The notes: generated from the sequence alone by a model not told the origin. 64,000 bases of DNA from Desulfomonilia bacterium (GCA_050014195.1 JBEKDT010000008.1:128001-192000); one strand, 5' to 3'; shown: positions 48,531 through 58,247, numbered from the stretch's first letter. Made by a program: numbers and translations.

Positions 48531-49361
48531 TCACATGCCCCCTTTGATCTCCGACTCCCTCCGGCACAAGAACCAGGTAAGCCAGTTGATGAATCTTCGC
48601 GGCATTAACCTCAAAATCAGGAAGTAGAGGATCTGGTTGTCGATGCCGGGGACACACAGTATCTTGCCCTTTACAAAGGCCTCGACTCCCAGGGAGGCAA
48701 CGACATCCGGTTCCCACACCTTCATCCTTGTGAGCGGAACCAGATCGGATGGGTACCCCCCATTTTCGAGGAGGTGTGTCTTCGTAAAGGGTGGGTTCAG
48801 TGTGGACACGACGATCCCCTTGTGGATGCGGAGCTCCGAACGTACGGCTTCCGTGAGGCCCTGGACGAAATATTTGGTAGCAGAATAGAGCGTCTCGGTG
48901 GGTACCGGCGTGAGGGCCGCCACCGACGATATATTCAGTATGCCCCCTTCGCCCAGCCTGATGATCGTCGGAAGAAAGAGCCGGCACATCTTTGCATACC
49001 CCAGGCAATTGAGTTTAACCATAGTCTCCAGCTTCCCGACGGGCATCTCTTCGTATCGCCCGTACCAGGCGATCCCAGCGTTATTGACGAGGACATGCAC
49101 ATCCGGCACGGCGGCCGTCACCTGGCCGTGAAGTCTTTCCGGGCCGTTTTCCGCAGCAAGATCCTCCAGGAAGAACCAGGTCCTGATGCCATACCTGTCC
49201 GCGAGATCCTTGGCCCAGCGCTCTGCTTCTTCCTTCCTTGAAGGATGGTCTGCAATGATGACGTTTGCCCCTCTCCTGACAAAACATTCGGAAAGGGCCT
49301 TCCCGATCCCCATGGATGCCCCTGTCACAAGTACCTTCTTATCTTTGAGGTTTATCTTCAT
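48531..49361 (-). CDS. Short-chain dehydrogenase/reductase
   Basis: TGASMGIG, NNAG, NISS, YSATK. Confidence 0.93.
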   Translation of the reverse strand: MKINLKDKKVLVTGASMGIGKALSECFVRRGANVIIADHPSRKEEAERWAKDLADRYGIRTWFFLEDLAAENGPERLHGQVTAAVPDVHVLVNNAGIAWYGRYEEMPVGKLETMVKLNCLGYAKMCRLFLPTIIRLGEGGILNISSVAALTPVPTETLYSATKYFVQGLTEAVRSELRIHKGIVVSTLNPPFTKTHLLENGGYPSDLVPLTRMKVWEPDVVASLGVEAFVKGKILCVPGIDNQILYFLILRLMPRRFINWLTWFLCRRESEIKGGM

Positions 49362-49374
49362 GACGGTTCACCCC

Positions 49375-50211
49375 TCAACCTTTGCCGTGCCTGATAAGGA
49401 ATTCAAAGCTCCATGCCAGGAGTGTGACCGCAGTTCTGGGAAATGCCCTTGCCACATAGTCGAGGGCCTTTGCCTCCGGACATACGATGATGCGTCTGTC
49501 ATTGCGCTTGATGCCTGAAATAATCGTGTCTGCCGCATTGTCGGGAAATGTCCTGAAGACCTGCTTGTCAAGGATATCGCATGCCTTTTCAGGCGAGAGT
49601 CCGGACACGATGAGATGCCCCCATCTGGCGTTTTTTGCAATATTGGTCTTTATCCAGCCGGGATGGACGCAGCTCACGCGGATGTTCGTCTTTCTAAACT
49701 CCTGGTAAAGGGTCTCGGTGAAACCCTTTACAGCGAATTTGGAGGCATTGTAGCTGCTTTCGTTGGGGCTTGGTACGATCCCGTTAATGCTTGAAACATT
49801 TATGATGTGGGCCTCGGGCCTCTGTTTCAGGTAGGGGAGAAATTCCTTGGTTCCGTAGACGACCCCCCAGAAATTGATGCCCATGATCCACTCGAAATCC
49901 TCGTAGGATATCGTCTCGATCAGATCGGCAACGCATACGCCGGCATTGTTTATGACAAGGTCCACGCAGCCGTGATACTTCACCGCGTCTGCTGCAAAGG
50001 TGCGGACCTGGACCCTGTCCGACACATCTACCTTGTGGGTGGAGACGCGGACCTTGCTGCCAATCTGAACGGCGGTCTCTCCCAGGCCTTTTTCATCAAT
50101 ATCCGCAAGGGCCAGGGCGCACCCTTCATCTGCAAGCTTCAGTGCCAGGCATCTTCCTATGCCCGATGCCGCCCCGGTGAGTGCACATACTTTCCCTGAT
50201 AGAGTTTTCAT
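49375..50211 (-). CDS. Short-chain dehydrogenase/reductase
   Basis: TGAASGIG, NNAG, NVSS, YNASK, HPG. Confidence 0.93.
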   Translation of the reverse strand: MKTLSGKVCALTGAASGIGRCLALKLADEGCALALADIDEKGLGETAVQIGSKVRVSTHKVDVSDRVQVRTFAADAVKYHGCVDLVINNAGVCVADLIETISYEDFEWIMGINFWGVVYGTKEFLPYLKQRPEAHIINVSSINGIVPSPNESSYNASKFAVKGFTETLYQEFRKTNIRVSCVHPGWIKTNIAKNARWGHLIVSGLSPEKACDILDKQVFRTFPDNAADTIISGIKRNDRRIIVCPEAKALDYVARAFPRTAVTLLAWSFEFLIRHGKG

Positions 50212-51209
50212 TCCATAGGCCCTCTCTTCTCGAACATGTCGACCGTGTCCCGAATGGTGGCAGGTCTGGCATCCGGGGCTTCGATCTTTTCCTTGATATA
50301 GGTGTTGTAGAATCCAAGGATCCTATTGGTCGGCATGGATGTGTAGCAATGTACGCTCTCTTCCAGTTCAATGCTCAGGCCTTGGCGGAGGCTGGTTTCG
50401 AAACCCTGGTGCACAGCTTGTTTAATGGCGTTGACCGCTATGGGGGGACGCTTGCTCAAGATATCTGCAAACTCCTGTACCTTTGCATGAAAATCCTTTT
50501 TCTTGAAACTGCCTGTTATCATGCCCATCCTTTCAGCCTCTTTCGGTGAGATGAGGTCCCCTTTGAGCATGAGCTCCAGGGCCCTGGCCTTACCAATTAG
50601 TCTGGGCCACCTCTGGGTGCCTCCCCCTCCCGGAGGTATGCCCAGGAGCACTTCCAGCTGCCCGATGGTGAAATCCTTGTCATTGATCATGAATCTGAAA
50701 TCAAAGCAGGCGGACATCTCGGCGCCGCCGCCGTTGACAGAGCCGTTGATGGCTGCAATGGTGATCTTGTCCATCCTTTCGATGGCGAAATAAAGCCGAT
50801 GCATCATGAACCACAGGTAAAGCCCGGAAGAGTAGCTGCTGAAGCTCTTCATCGCTTCCAGCAGCACCTTCTCGAGCCCGGGGACCCAGTCCATGAGCCA
50901 GTTCATCATGGTCGTCCCCCAGGAGGAAAGCCTTCCTGCAATCCTGGATGCAAAGACCTTGTCAAAGAAGATCTTCTTGAGGTCCCCGTCGAGCTTGGCG
51001 AGCTCCGGGATGGAGAAGTGCCTGATATAAGTATCCTCGATGCCGCCGGTGAGGATGAATACCCGTATGGACTGGTCTTTCTCCACTTCCCTTATGAGGG
51101 AGAAGAGCTCCTCCACCACCTTGGTGGTGAGGAAGTTAACCGGCGGGTTCACAATTTCGACCCATAGAGATGCATTTGCATTCCGTATTTTCAAATATGT
51201 GTACCCCAT
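50208..51209 (-). CDS. Enoyl-CoA hydratase/isomerase (crotonase) family protein with internal insertion
   Basis: NPPVN, AAINGSVNGGGAE, EVLLGIPPGGGGTQRWPRLIG; ~60-aa amphipathic insert. Confidence 0.88.
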   Translation of the reverse strand: MGYTYLKIRNANASLWVEIVNPPVNFLTTKVVEELFSLIREVEKDQSIRVFILTGGIEDTYIRHFSIPELAKLDGDLKKIFFDKVFASRIAGRLSSWGTTMMNWLMDWVPGLEKVLLEAMKSFSSYSSGLYLWFMMHRLYFAIERMDKITIAAINGSVNGGGAEMSACFDFRFMINDKDFTIGQLEVLLGIPPGGGGTQRWPRLIGKARALELMLKGDLISPKEAERMGMITGSFKKKDFHAKVQEFADILSKRPPIAVNAIKQAVHQGFETSLRQGLSIELEESVHCYTSMPTNRILGFYNTYIKEKIEAPDARPATIRDTVDMFEKRGPME

Positions 51210-51324
51210 TGTTGACCCTCCATCCACACTGAATTGTTCTCAGTACAATATGATTTATCTCGTGGTGGATTGACAATGGGATCTAAAGACAAGTATATTG
51301 TGATTTGCTGCCACAGGTTGAAAT

Positions 51325-52374
51325 ATGAAGAATCCTGGTCCTGTAAGAATCAACATTGCATCGAGACCATCCCTGCCGATGTACCGCTCCATAAACAGCA
51401 TCGATATCCTTGCCCGCTATGCCGCAGGGCGGGGCATCGATGTCGAGAAGCTGCTGGCAGGCAGTGGTATAAAACCCAGAGATCTGGATGATTCCGAGAT
51501 GTTCGTAAGCCCTAAGCAGGAACTGTCAGTCATGCGCAGGCTGGCCGAACTGGTATCGGACCCCGAAGCAGGGCTGAAAACCGGGGAACATTACCACATC
51601 ACAGCCCATGGGGTATTGGGCAATGCCTCGATGTGCTGCGAGACATTTCTGGATGCCATACGGTTGATGTTTTCCTTTATCGAGCTTACCTTGACATATT
51701 TCAGCTATGAACTGAGCGTGGTGGAGCCCCTTGCATATGTAACAATGAAAGAGCTCATCGACCTGAAAGATATCCGCCGCTTCATCTGTGAGAGGGAGTT
51801 TGTTTCAGTGCTGAGAATGATGTCTGATCTGATTGGAGAACCTCTTATGCTGAAAGAGGCGAGATTTGCATATCCGAGGCCTGAGTACGCCTCAAGCTAT
51901 CGGGATACATTCAAGTGCCCGGTTTTCTTCAATACGGATGAGCATGTATTTATTTTTGACAGCAGATATCTTTCAAAGTATCTGCCCATGGCTAACCGTC
52001 TATCGAAAGATAAATATGAAAGAGAATGCAGGGAGCTGATACTCCGGATGAAAAAGTCCGGAACCACTTCCGAAAAGGTACGGCAGTTGATCTTATATCA
52101 AAAAGAAGGAATACCGACTTTTCAGCAGGTCACAAGGCGGATGAATGTATCTCCCAGGACCCTCCATCGGCGTTTATCCGTCGAGGGTACATCATATAAA
52201 GAGATCCTCGCGGAGATCAGAAAAACCAAGGCCATTGAACAGCTGACGGAGACGAGCACTCCTGTCGAAAGTATTGCCATGGACCTTGGATACAGTGATG
52301 TCGCCAATTTCTATCATGCCTTTAAGAGTTGGACGGGAACAACGCCCATCAGCTATCGGAAAAAATCACTTTGA
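51325..52374 (+). CDS. AraC-family transcriptional regulator
   Basis: C-terminal SPRTLHRRL...IAMDLGYSDVANFYHAFKSWTGTTP; divergent from the crotonase/SDR operon. Confidence 0.93.
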   Translation: MKNPGPVRINIASRPSLPMYRSINSIDILARYAAGRGIDVEKLLAGSGIKPRDLDDSEMFVSPKQELSVMRRLAELVSDPEAGLKTGEHYHITAHGVLGNASMCCETFLDAIRLMFSFIELTLTYFSYELSVVEPLAYVTMKELIDLKDIRRFICEREFVSVLRMMSDLIGEPLMLKEARFAYPRPEYASSYRDTFKCPVFFNTDEHVFIFDSRYLSKYLPMANRLSKDKYERECRELILRMKKSGTTSEKVRQLILYQKEGIPTFQQVTRRMNVSPRTLHRRLSVEGTSYKEILAEIRKTKAIEQLTETSTPVESIAMDLGYSDVANFYHAFKSWTGTTPISYRKKSL

Positions 52375-52699
52375 TACTTTTTAATGGGCCTATGAGACAT
52401 TCAAAAAAATATCACAATATAATGGCTGCCATAGTGTATGGTATGACCTTAGTGAAGATTTCTTTCGCAGCTCTGTCCTGTCCAATGCCCAAACTGAATT
52501 GAATATAACTATGTGAATGTGCTTTAATCTTATAAAACTTTCGATATCTGTAATAAATCCTAATTGTTAGCTCAGCTTTAAAACTAATGATTTGATGAAG
52601 ATATCTTTGCTTTCAACGAACGTGGAAAGGCCTATTGTAAGGTTATATTGTAGTCTTTCTTCCCTAATTGTCAGATCAAATTGCAACTAATGCAAATTT

Positions 52700-53014
52700 T
52701 CATATGAGAGCTTCAATCCCTTTGCGATCCAGGATGCTAAGCAGTTTAAGGGATGGTCCGCTTGGATGTTTTTCGCCGATCTCCCATTTCTGAACTGTTG
52801 AGAGACTGGTATTGAGCATGGATGCAAGCACCGCTTGGCTCAATCGGTAGCGATCTCGCAGCTTACGTATCTGTTCAGCGTTATATTGGGGGACCGGCTC
52901 AATGCAAAGCGCATCATAGGACCGCAAAGCCCGCTTGTCTATAAAACCAAGGGCACGTAGATCCTGAGCTGTTTCATGTACTGTTTCGAAAATTCTGCTT
53001 TTATGTTTCATCAT
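52700..53014 (-). CDS. XRE/HigA-like HTH antitoxin
   Basis: LSQAVLA...STVQKWEIGEKHPSGPSLKLL; overlaps the toxin gene end. Confidence 0.88.
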   Translation of the reverse strand: MMKHKSRIFETVHETAQDLRALGFIDKRALRSYDALCIEPVPQYNAEQIRKLRDRYRLSQAVLASMLNTSLSTVQKWEIGEKHPSGPSLKLLSILDRKGIEALI

Positions 53015-53378
53015 GTACCTCCACCAGCGATCCTTGCCGAATTGCCTCAACCATCTGCTTGGCACTCAGTCGAAGCAAATCCGTGGCTAATGCTCGTAGT
53101 GCTTCCAGTTCCTTACTCGTGATGTTGTCCCTCTCATTCTTCTCGAAGCCGAAAACAAAGAACCATCGGTCGTCCCGATTGGTCGCCAGTAAAGTCCTTG
53201 TACTGCCTCTCTTTCCTCTGCCGGGAAGCGCAACCCTCTTTTTAATGATTCCGCCGTCCAGATCTGCATCAAATAGCCCTTCTTGTATTTCTCGAATAGC
53301 TGAGATCAATACTTTATCGCTTATTCCCGCCTTAGCAGCCCATCTTGAAAAATGCCTTGTTTTGCAATAAAATACCAT
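53001..53378 (-). CDS. RelE/ParE-superfamily toxin (HigB-like, toxin-first order)
   Basis: TRHFSRW, ADLDGGIIKKRVA, GKRGSTR, FEKNERDNI pattern. Confidence 0.85.
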   Translation of the reverse strand: MVFYCKTRHFSRWAAKAGISDKVLISAIREIQEGLFDADLDGGIIKKRVALPGRGKRGSTRTLLATNRDDRWFFVFGFEKNERDNITSKELEALRALATDLLRLSAKQMVEAIRQGSLVEVHDET

Positions 53379-53387
53379 TTGCTTTGA

Positions 53388-53416
53388 TCTATAGCACTTG
53401 GTGATATAGAAGTCAA
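53388..53416 (-). promoter_or_regulatory. TA promoter with overlapping palindromic operator
   Basis: TTGACT-17-TATAGA on the minus strand; inverted repeat TCTATAGCAC-TTG-GTGATATAGA covers the spacer and -10. Confidence 0.65.
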
Positions 53417-53778
53417 GAGCCTAAAACTGGAATGAATAATTGCTTGATTTAGGTTTCAAGGTCAAAATTACCTATACTTATAAATATCTATTGGTATTAT
53501 TGTCCGTAGATCTAAAAGCGTGGGAGGTATGAAGATATCCATGTCCCTATGAATTACCTTGCAAATTAGTCATGCCATGACCAATTTGCAAAGTAAAATA
53601 TCAGGCTCCGTTCATTGAGAATAGAGGCCTGGAGAAAGGAGTGTGACTATTCCGTGCCCACCGCGTCTAAAAACGTTCCAAGTCTACCCAATTCCTACCA
53701 ACCAGCCAAATCTGCTAACCGGTTGAAATCCTTTGCTGGTGTGCCTTTGCAGTCTTGTAAAATCAATGACTTATAGCC

Positions 53779-53831
53779 CTTAGGATCCAGTGGGTAAAAC
53801 CGTGGGGGTTCGAGTCCCTTCTCTCGCACCA
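53779..53831 (+). repeat. att direct repeat: 3' 53 bp of tRNA-Leu
   Basis: Identical to 25265-25317; 5' tRNA half absent. Confidence 0.97.
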
Positions 53832-53859
53832 ATTTGATAATCAACAGGTTTTCTAGAAT

Positions 53860-54136
53860 ATTTTGAAGCGGCTTTCTTTGAAAAATCTGCGATTGTAACT
53901 GTTTTTGTAACCATTTGGCTTTGAAGGTAAGCTTCCTGCCTTGCTGCAGCCTGCTTTAAATCATGGGCATTCACTATGTTGTAACGGTCAAAGATGGTCC
54001 GTGTGCTTGTGTCCTGAGATCATCATTGCTACCCTCTCGGGGATGCCTGATCTGACCATATTACCGACCGGTGTGCGCCTGAAGTCGTGAAAGAGCCGCT
54101 TCCCGATCTGCGCATCTTCACATGCTTTGGCCCAGG
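53860..54136 (-). pseudogene. Truncated, frameshifted tyrosine integrase related to 25348-26454
   Basis: [44 protein letters not shown], a 1-nt insertion near 54006, then [11 protein letters not shown]; N-terminal part missing; lower boundary approximate. Confidence 0.9.
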
Positions 54137-54292
54137 CACAGTCCGGGTCATAACTCCGGACCTAGGCCATGTTGTGCTTACATGGGCCTTGAAAGGCTTA
54201 TTGGATCAAGGTGTTACAGGGACACATCAGATGTTGAATCCACTGTTCTTATAGTAATTCAAACTTCCTCTGGTTCATCGATGAGTAAAGAA

Positions 54293-54691
54293 TTATGGCA
54301 ATGATAGAGAGTAAGTGCGTCCCTTCTTTGTCCTTATGACCGCTCCGTGCTCAGCCGCGAAGTACATAGCATAAGCGATATCCTCTTTGTTAAAGCCGTC
54401 AAGGACACTGTACAGATCAGTCTGCAAGATGTCAGGATGATCCTTAATCTTCTCTGTGACGGCTTCGCGTATCCGCAGATAAATAGGATCCGTTCTGACA
54501 AATTCACTATACTCCTTACGGGCCTCCTCGAGATCGTGCTGCAGCTGGCCATTGGTATTGATATTCTGCTGTCTGACTGACTCAACCCATTTAAAATAAG
54601 CTGAACGGGCACCGGTATGGTTCCCTTCGGCCACACACCTGCGGGCTGCTTCCTTGTGAAACTGGATCTCTCTTGATCTATCAGGAAACAT
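54293..54691 (-). CDS. Hypothetical protein with possible C-terminal winged helix
   Basis: GAGG RBS, 132 aa; ILQTDLY...YFAAEHGAVIRTKKGRTYSL resembles a winged helix. Confidence 0.7.
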   Translation of the reverse strand: MFPDRSREIQFHKEAARRCVAEGNHTGARSAYFKWVESVRQQNINTNGQLQHDLEEARKEYSEFVRTDPIYLRIREAVTEKIKDHPDILQTDLYSVLDGFNKEDIAYAMYFAAEHGAVIRTKKGRTYSLSLP

Positions 54692-54823
54692 CGATGAACC
54701 TCTTTAAGCAATAATAATCAGGAATATAGAAGTATCAAGTTTTTTAATTGTCCCGGATGAAGTTATACTTTTCTGAAATCTTAATCGTTGTGGTATAATA
54801 ATTAATGGGGTTAGTAGAATGCG

Positions 54824-56215
54824 ATGAGTAAAAGCGCGCTTGAATTACTCAAAACAATCGGTCTACTCGACAAAGATAATAAACCAATTAACCTGAAGAA
54901 ACACGATGACAACTGGATCCAGTCTTGCCTGGATCATTACTATCATACAAGGATACAGAATATTGATGGTGAGTTAAAGGATATTCCTTCATCAGGTAAA
55001 TCGTTCCAAGCTCTCATCAGCAGTGTTTCTGCAACCAATAAAGTCATGCCTCTATTACCCTCATTCCTTCTATATGATCATTTGATAACCGATGATCCTG
55101 TATTCCAAGAAGCAACCCCTGATCACCATCAGAGTAGAATACAAAAGCAAGCTTTGGGTGTGAAAGAAAAGCAGAGCATAAATAGGGATTCCCTGAAAAA
55201 CAAGCTGAAATATTTCAGTGAATTATCCCTCCTTATAGAAGCAGGATTATTACATGTAATTCCTTTAAGCCTTTTACACTTGCCTCCAGATAAACTACCA
55301 ATTTTCTTTTCAGAAGACAGATTCAGATCAGAAATTCCGGAGGGTATTCATAACTTTGTCCACTCAAAGGCAAAGATACAGGAAGTTTTGCTGGAAAAAG
55401 AATCTGGATCCCTTTTAATTTTAGATAAACCAAGGCCTGAGATAAGTCGTGCTATTTATATCTCATTCGAAGGAGACGGACCAAATCAGCACGGTATGAT
55501 ATACTTTTTAGACCCCTTCGATGTGTTGGAAACAGATCGGGAAACTAGTACAATGCATGTCGCAATTAAAAGTGATCTTAATTTGCCAATCTCAGAGGAT
55601 CTCTATAGGAGTTGGGTTTATCAGTCAGTTAATCAAACTATCTTAGCGAGATTGCGAAACGTAGCTTCTGAGATTTCTCTTGCTAGAACCATGGGGTACA
55701 CATATCTCACTGAATCACTTTTCGAGTCAAAACTGCTCGGGGCATCCACTACCCAAACCGATGCGGGGATGATGGTCGGTGCTGTAAATTTTTTACGGGC
55801 TAGTGAAACAATGATCGCCATTGACAAGGCCAGTAGCGTTTTAAAACTCCGTGAGAGGAATAAACAAGCATTTGAACGATTCAGATCGACTATCTTGGAG
55901 TTATCTGAGCAACTAACCGGGCTTTCTGATGATGAATTTAATATCAAAGCAAGACGGTTATTTCTCACGAATATCCAGCCACAGATTGACGAGATAAAAA
56001 AAGCGGCAGCATCAATAATCACCTCAGCTACTAAGGGAGATCTTGTTTCATTAGGTGGAATTGCATTGGTTTTGACAACAGGATCGACTATCCCTTTCAT
56101 CAGTGCTGCATTATTCACAACAAGTGGAGTTTTTGCTGAAGCACTTCCTTCTATTTCGGAATATCTGCAGAAGAGAAGGGGCCCAGAATACATTTGGTCA
56201 GAGTTAGTGAAATAA
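54824..56215 (+). CDS. Hypothetical protein (463 aa) with C-terminal hydrophobic hairpin
   Basis: Intact AT-rich ORF; helical region then LVSLGGIALVL...FISAALF; TATAAT upstream. Confidence 0.8.
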   Translation: MSKSALELLKTIGLLDKDNKPINLKKHDDNWIQSCLDHYYHTRIQNIDGELKDIPSSGKSFQALISSVSATNKVMPLLPSFLLYDHLITDDPVFQEATPDHHQSRIQKQALGVKEKQSINRDSLKNKLKYFSELSLLIEAGLLHVIPLSLLHLPPDKLPIFFSEDRFRSEIPEGIHNFVHSKAKIQEVLLEKESGSLLILDKPRPEISRAIYISFEGDGPNQHGMIYFLDPFDVLETDRETSTMHVAIKSDLNLPISEDLYRSWVYQSVNQTILARLRNVASEISLARTMGYTYLTESLFESKLLGASTTQTDAGMMVGAVNFLRASETMIAIDKASSVLKLRERNKQAFERFRSTILELSEQLTGLSDDEFNIKARRLFLTNIQPQIDEIKKAAASIITSATKGDLVSLGGIALVLTTGSTIPFISAALFTTSGVFAEALPSISEYLQKRRGPEYIWSELVK

Positions 56216-56299
56216 TCCAACCAGGTTAGGTGGCTTAGCTCTTTGGTTAGGAACAAAAAATAAAAAGACTGATTTGCCCAGCCAGCAATGGGAGACTAA

Positions 56300-57940
56300 A
56301 TGATTTTATATGATTGGGATGTCTGGCATGTCTATTCTAGCTTTTTCGATACAGAAAAAGTAGATCTTGAAGCAGCTGCTTCAGTCCTTGTTAAGTCAGG
56401 TATCGCAGTATGTGCACTACATAGAGATGGTCGTACATGGTGGCAAACCGATACTGGAGTTCGTTCTGGATTAACGACCATTAAATTGGGCCCCGATCGG
56501 TCGGTGGCAGATATTAAGATAGAGGTTGATGGAGGAGGTGAGAGCGGCCTTGATGGTTATGTTGCCGAAGCCTGGTATCAGGCAAGCTACTTCCGTTTCA
56601 ATGAACTAAGAGTATTTGCAGACGATTTTCGTGTTCCTCCTCCATACGTGAGAGCAGTGTTGGGGGAGTTTCACCTGACTTCCAGTGAAACGGGTTTAAA
56701 CGCCGTGATATATCCAGTTATTAAACTATTTGAGAGTAGTGTTGTTATTGTGGAGTTTAGGACCATCGCACCGAATCGTGAAATTCCCCTTAATGAATTC
56801 ATCGACCGATTTGTAAATCTTGCCTTTGTGCCATTTGATGAGGTGGAGGTGCCCCCACCAATCAGCGACCTTGCTACTAAAGCGTTCTACCATAGCGTCA
56901 TATCCTGGCCACTCCGCCTTCGAACTAAACTGAGCCGGGTAGAGCGATCTCACGAGAAAGCTGTGAAGGAAAAATCTCGTGAGGTCCCAAGTGGTGACTT
57001 CGTTGCAAGACTAGCTCCTCTCACTCGGGCTGAGAAACAGATCGATACTCTCGCTTCACTGGCCGAAACCCTATTCTCGGTAATAGGCTTTGTCCTTAGC
57101 AATCCTCGACGGGGATTTGCATTTGTGCTTCTAGGACAGCGAAGATTGACTCTACGAGGAAATTGGTGGAATGGCCGGCCTCATGTGCACTTAATCGACT
57201 TTGAAGGTCAATGTTCATCGGCCAAAGAGAACATACAAATGTTTGGGGCAGAATTTGGATGGATACTCGGAAGAGTCGCTGGTGGTAAAAGTAAGACTGG
57301 CCTGCGTTATCTATCGAAGGACCTGAGGCATTTTGATGATTATTCAGTATTTATAACGGAATCGGCTTCGCTTTGGGTGTGGTCGAAAAAAGGGATAGAC
57401 CGGCAAAGTGCATATGCAGATCCAAATCACGGGCACTTGATCTATGAACACCAGGCTATCATCGAATTGCTTGAATACGGTTACATCCTTCATCGGGCCC
57501 TGCTTGCGAAGACTAACATGACTCAAAACGCTAATGAAGTTCTTTCGGCTCGCTGGGCCATCAACCAGCTTAACTCCGATATGAATGATGTAAGTCACTT
57601 CGGGGAGCTTCGTGATCTTCTCCATCATGGATGGAAAGCAATGAGAATTGAAAATCTTCAAGCTAGAATCTCCGAGAGCCTGTCTATTAGGCAAGCAGAA
57701 TCCTCCTTACGGGAGACAAGGGACAACGAACGTATGCGACGTTGGCTCACTGTTCTTTTTGGAGTGATTGCTACGCCAACCTTGGCTTCCAAAGTGCTCG
57801 ATCCTATCTGGAAGTTACTTAATTGGTGGAGGCCGGCAGATCAGGGAGGTGGGGATCTTTTCTTTTTGTCGATTACTTTTTGTTCCATATTTTTTATCAT
57901 TATCAGCCTTTCGTGGATAAGTAAAAAATTGGAACGGTGA
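56300..57940 (+). CDS. Hypothetical protein (546 aa) with C-terminal coiled coil and two TM helices
   Basis: GGGAG RBS; ends RWLTVLFGVIA...LFFLSITFCSIFFIIISLSWISKK (CorA-like topology, no GMN motif). Confidence 0.8.
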   Translation: MILYDWDVWHVYSSFFDTEKVDLEAAASVLVKSGIAVCALHRDGRTWWQTDTGVRSGLTTIKLGPDRSVADIKIEVDGGGESGLDGYVAEAWYQASYFRFNELRVFADDFRVPPPYVRAVLGEFHLTSSETGLNAVIYPVIKLFESSVVIVEFRTIAPNREIPLNEFIDRFVNLAFVPFDEVEVPPPISDLATKAFYHSVISWPLRLRTKLSRVERSHEKAVKEKSREVPSGDFVARLAPLTRAEKQIDTLASLAETLFSVIGFVLSNPRRGFAFVLLGQRRLTLRGNWWNGRPHVHLIDFEGQCSSAKENIQMFGAEFGWILGRVAGGKSKTGLRYLSKDLRHFDDYSVFITESASLWVWSKKGIDRQSAYADPNHGHLIYEHQAIIELLEYGYILHRALLAKTNMTQNANEVLSARWAINQLNSDMNDVSHFGELRDLLHHGWKAMRIENLQARISESLSIRQAESSLRETRDNERMRRWLTVLFGVIATPTLASKVLDPIWKLLNWWRPADQGGGDLFFLSITFCSIFFIIISLSWISKKLER

Positions 57941-58194
57941 ACTTCGGTCTGTCGATGTGTCTGTCTAACCAAAATTTTAACTCAGAACTTTCAAATGACC
58001 GTTTTAATTGTGCACTTCCTGTGCACCAGACAAACAACACGGATGTAACCAAGACTGTAACCGTCAACCTCAAAAACTATCAAAAAAGACCTAAAATAAT
58101 CAAACATACTAAATCTGAATAGAACCTCATGAAATCAGGTAATAACATGATAGAGAGCGGGTTTGCGGCCCGCCCCTATTAAGGTTTATTTGTA

Positions 58195-58247
58195 CTTAGA
58201 ATCCAGTGGAGTGATCCGTGGGGGTTCGAGTCCCTTCTCTCGCACCA
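58195..58247 (+). repeat. Diverged att repeat: 3' half of a variant tRNA-Leu
   Basis: CTTAGAATCCAGTGGAGTGATCCGTGGGGGTTCGAGTCCCTTCTCTCGCACCA; differs from the tRNA just 3' of the anticodon and in the variable arm. Confidence 0.93.

Larger units (their letters stand above)
53832..58247. mobile_element. Element 2: decayed ~4.4-kb island in tandem at the same tRNA site
   Basis: Bounded by tRNA 3' copies at 53779 and 58195; integrase relic; TGTAAC(C/T) pairs with 12-bp period at both ends (53894/53906 and 58044/58056). Confidence 0.8.

Noticed and set aside
25318-53831. Element 1 as a prophage or self-transmissible ICE
   Set aside because: No capsid, terminase, tail, VirB4 or coupling-protein genes between the att repeats
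53780-53974. 64-aa ORF as an independent gene
   Set aside because: It is the tail of the frameshifted integrase reading into the antisense of the tRNA repeat
55633-56256. 207-aa minus-strand ORF
   Set aside because: Antisense to the better-supported 463-aa gene
53779-58247. tRNA-like sequences at 53779 and 58195 as extra tRNA genes
   Set aside because: Both lack the 5' acceptor strand and D arm; they are att repeats
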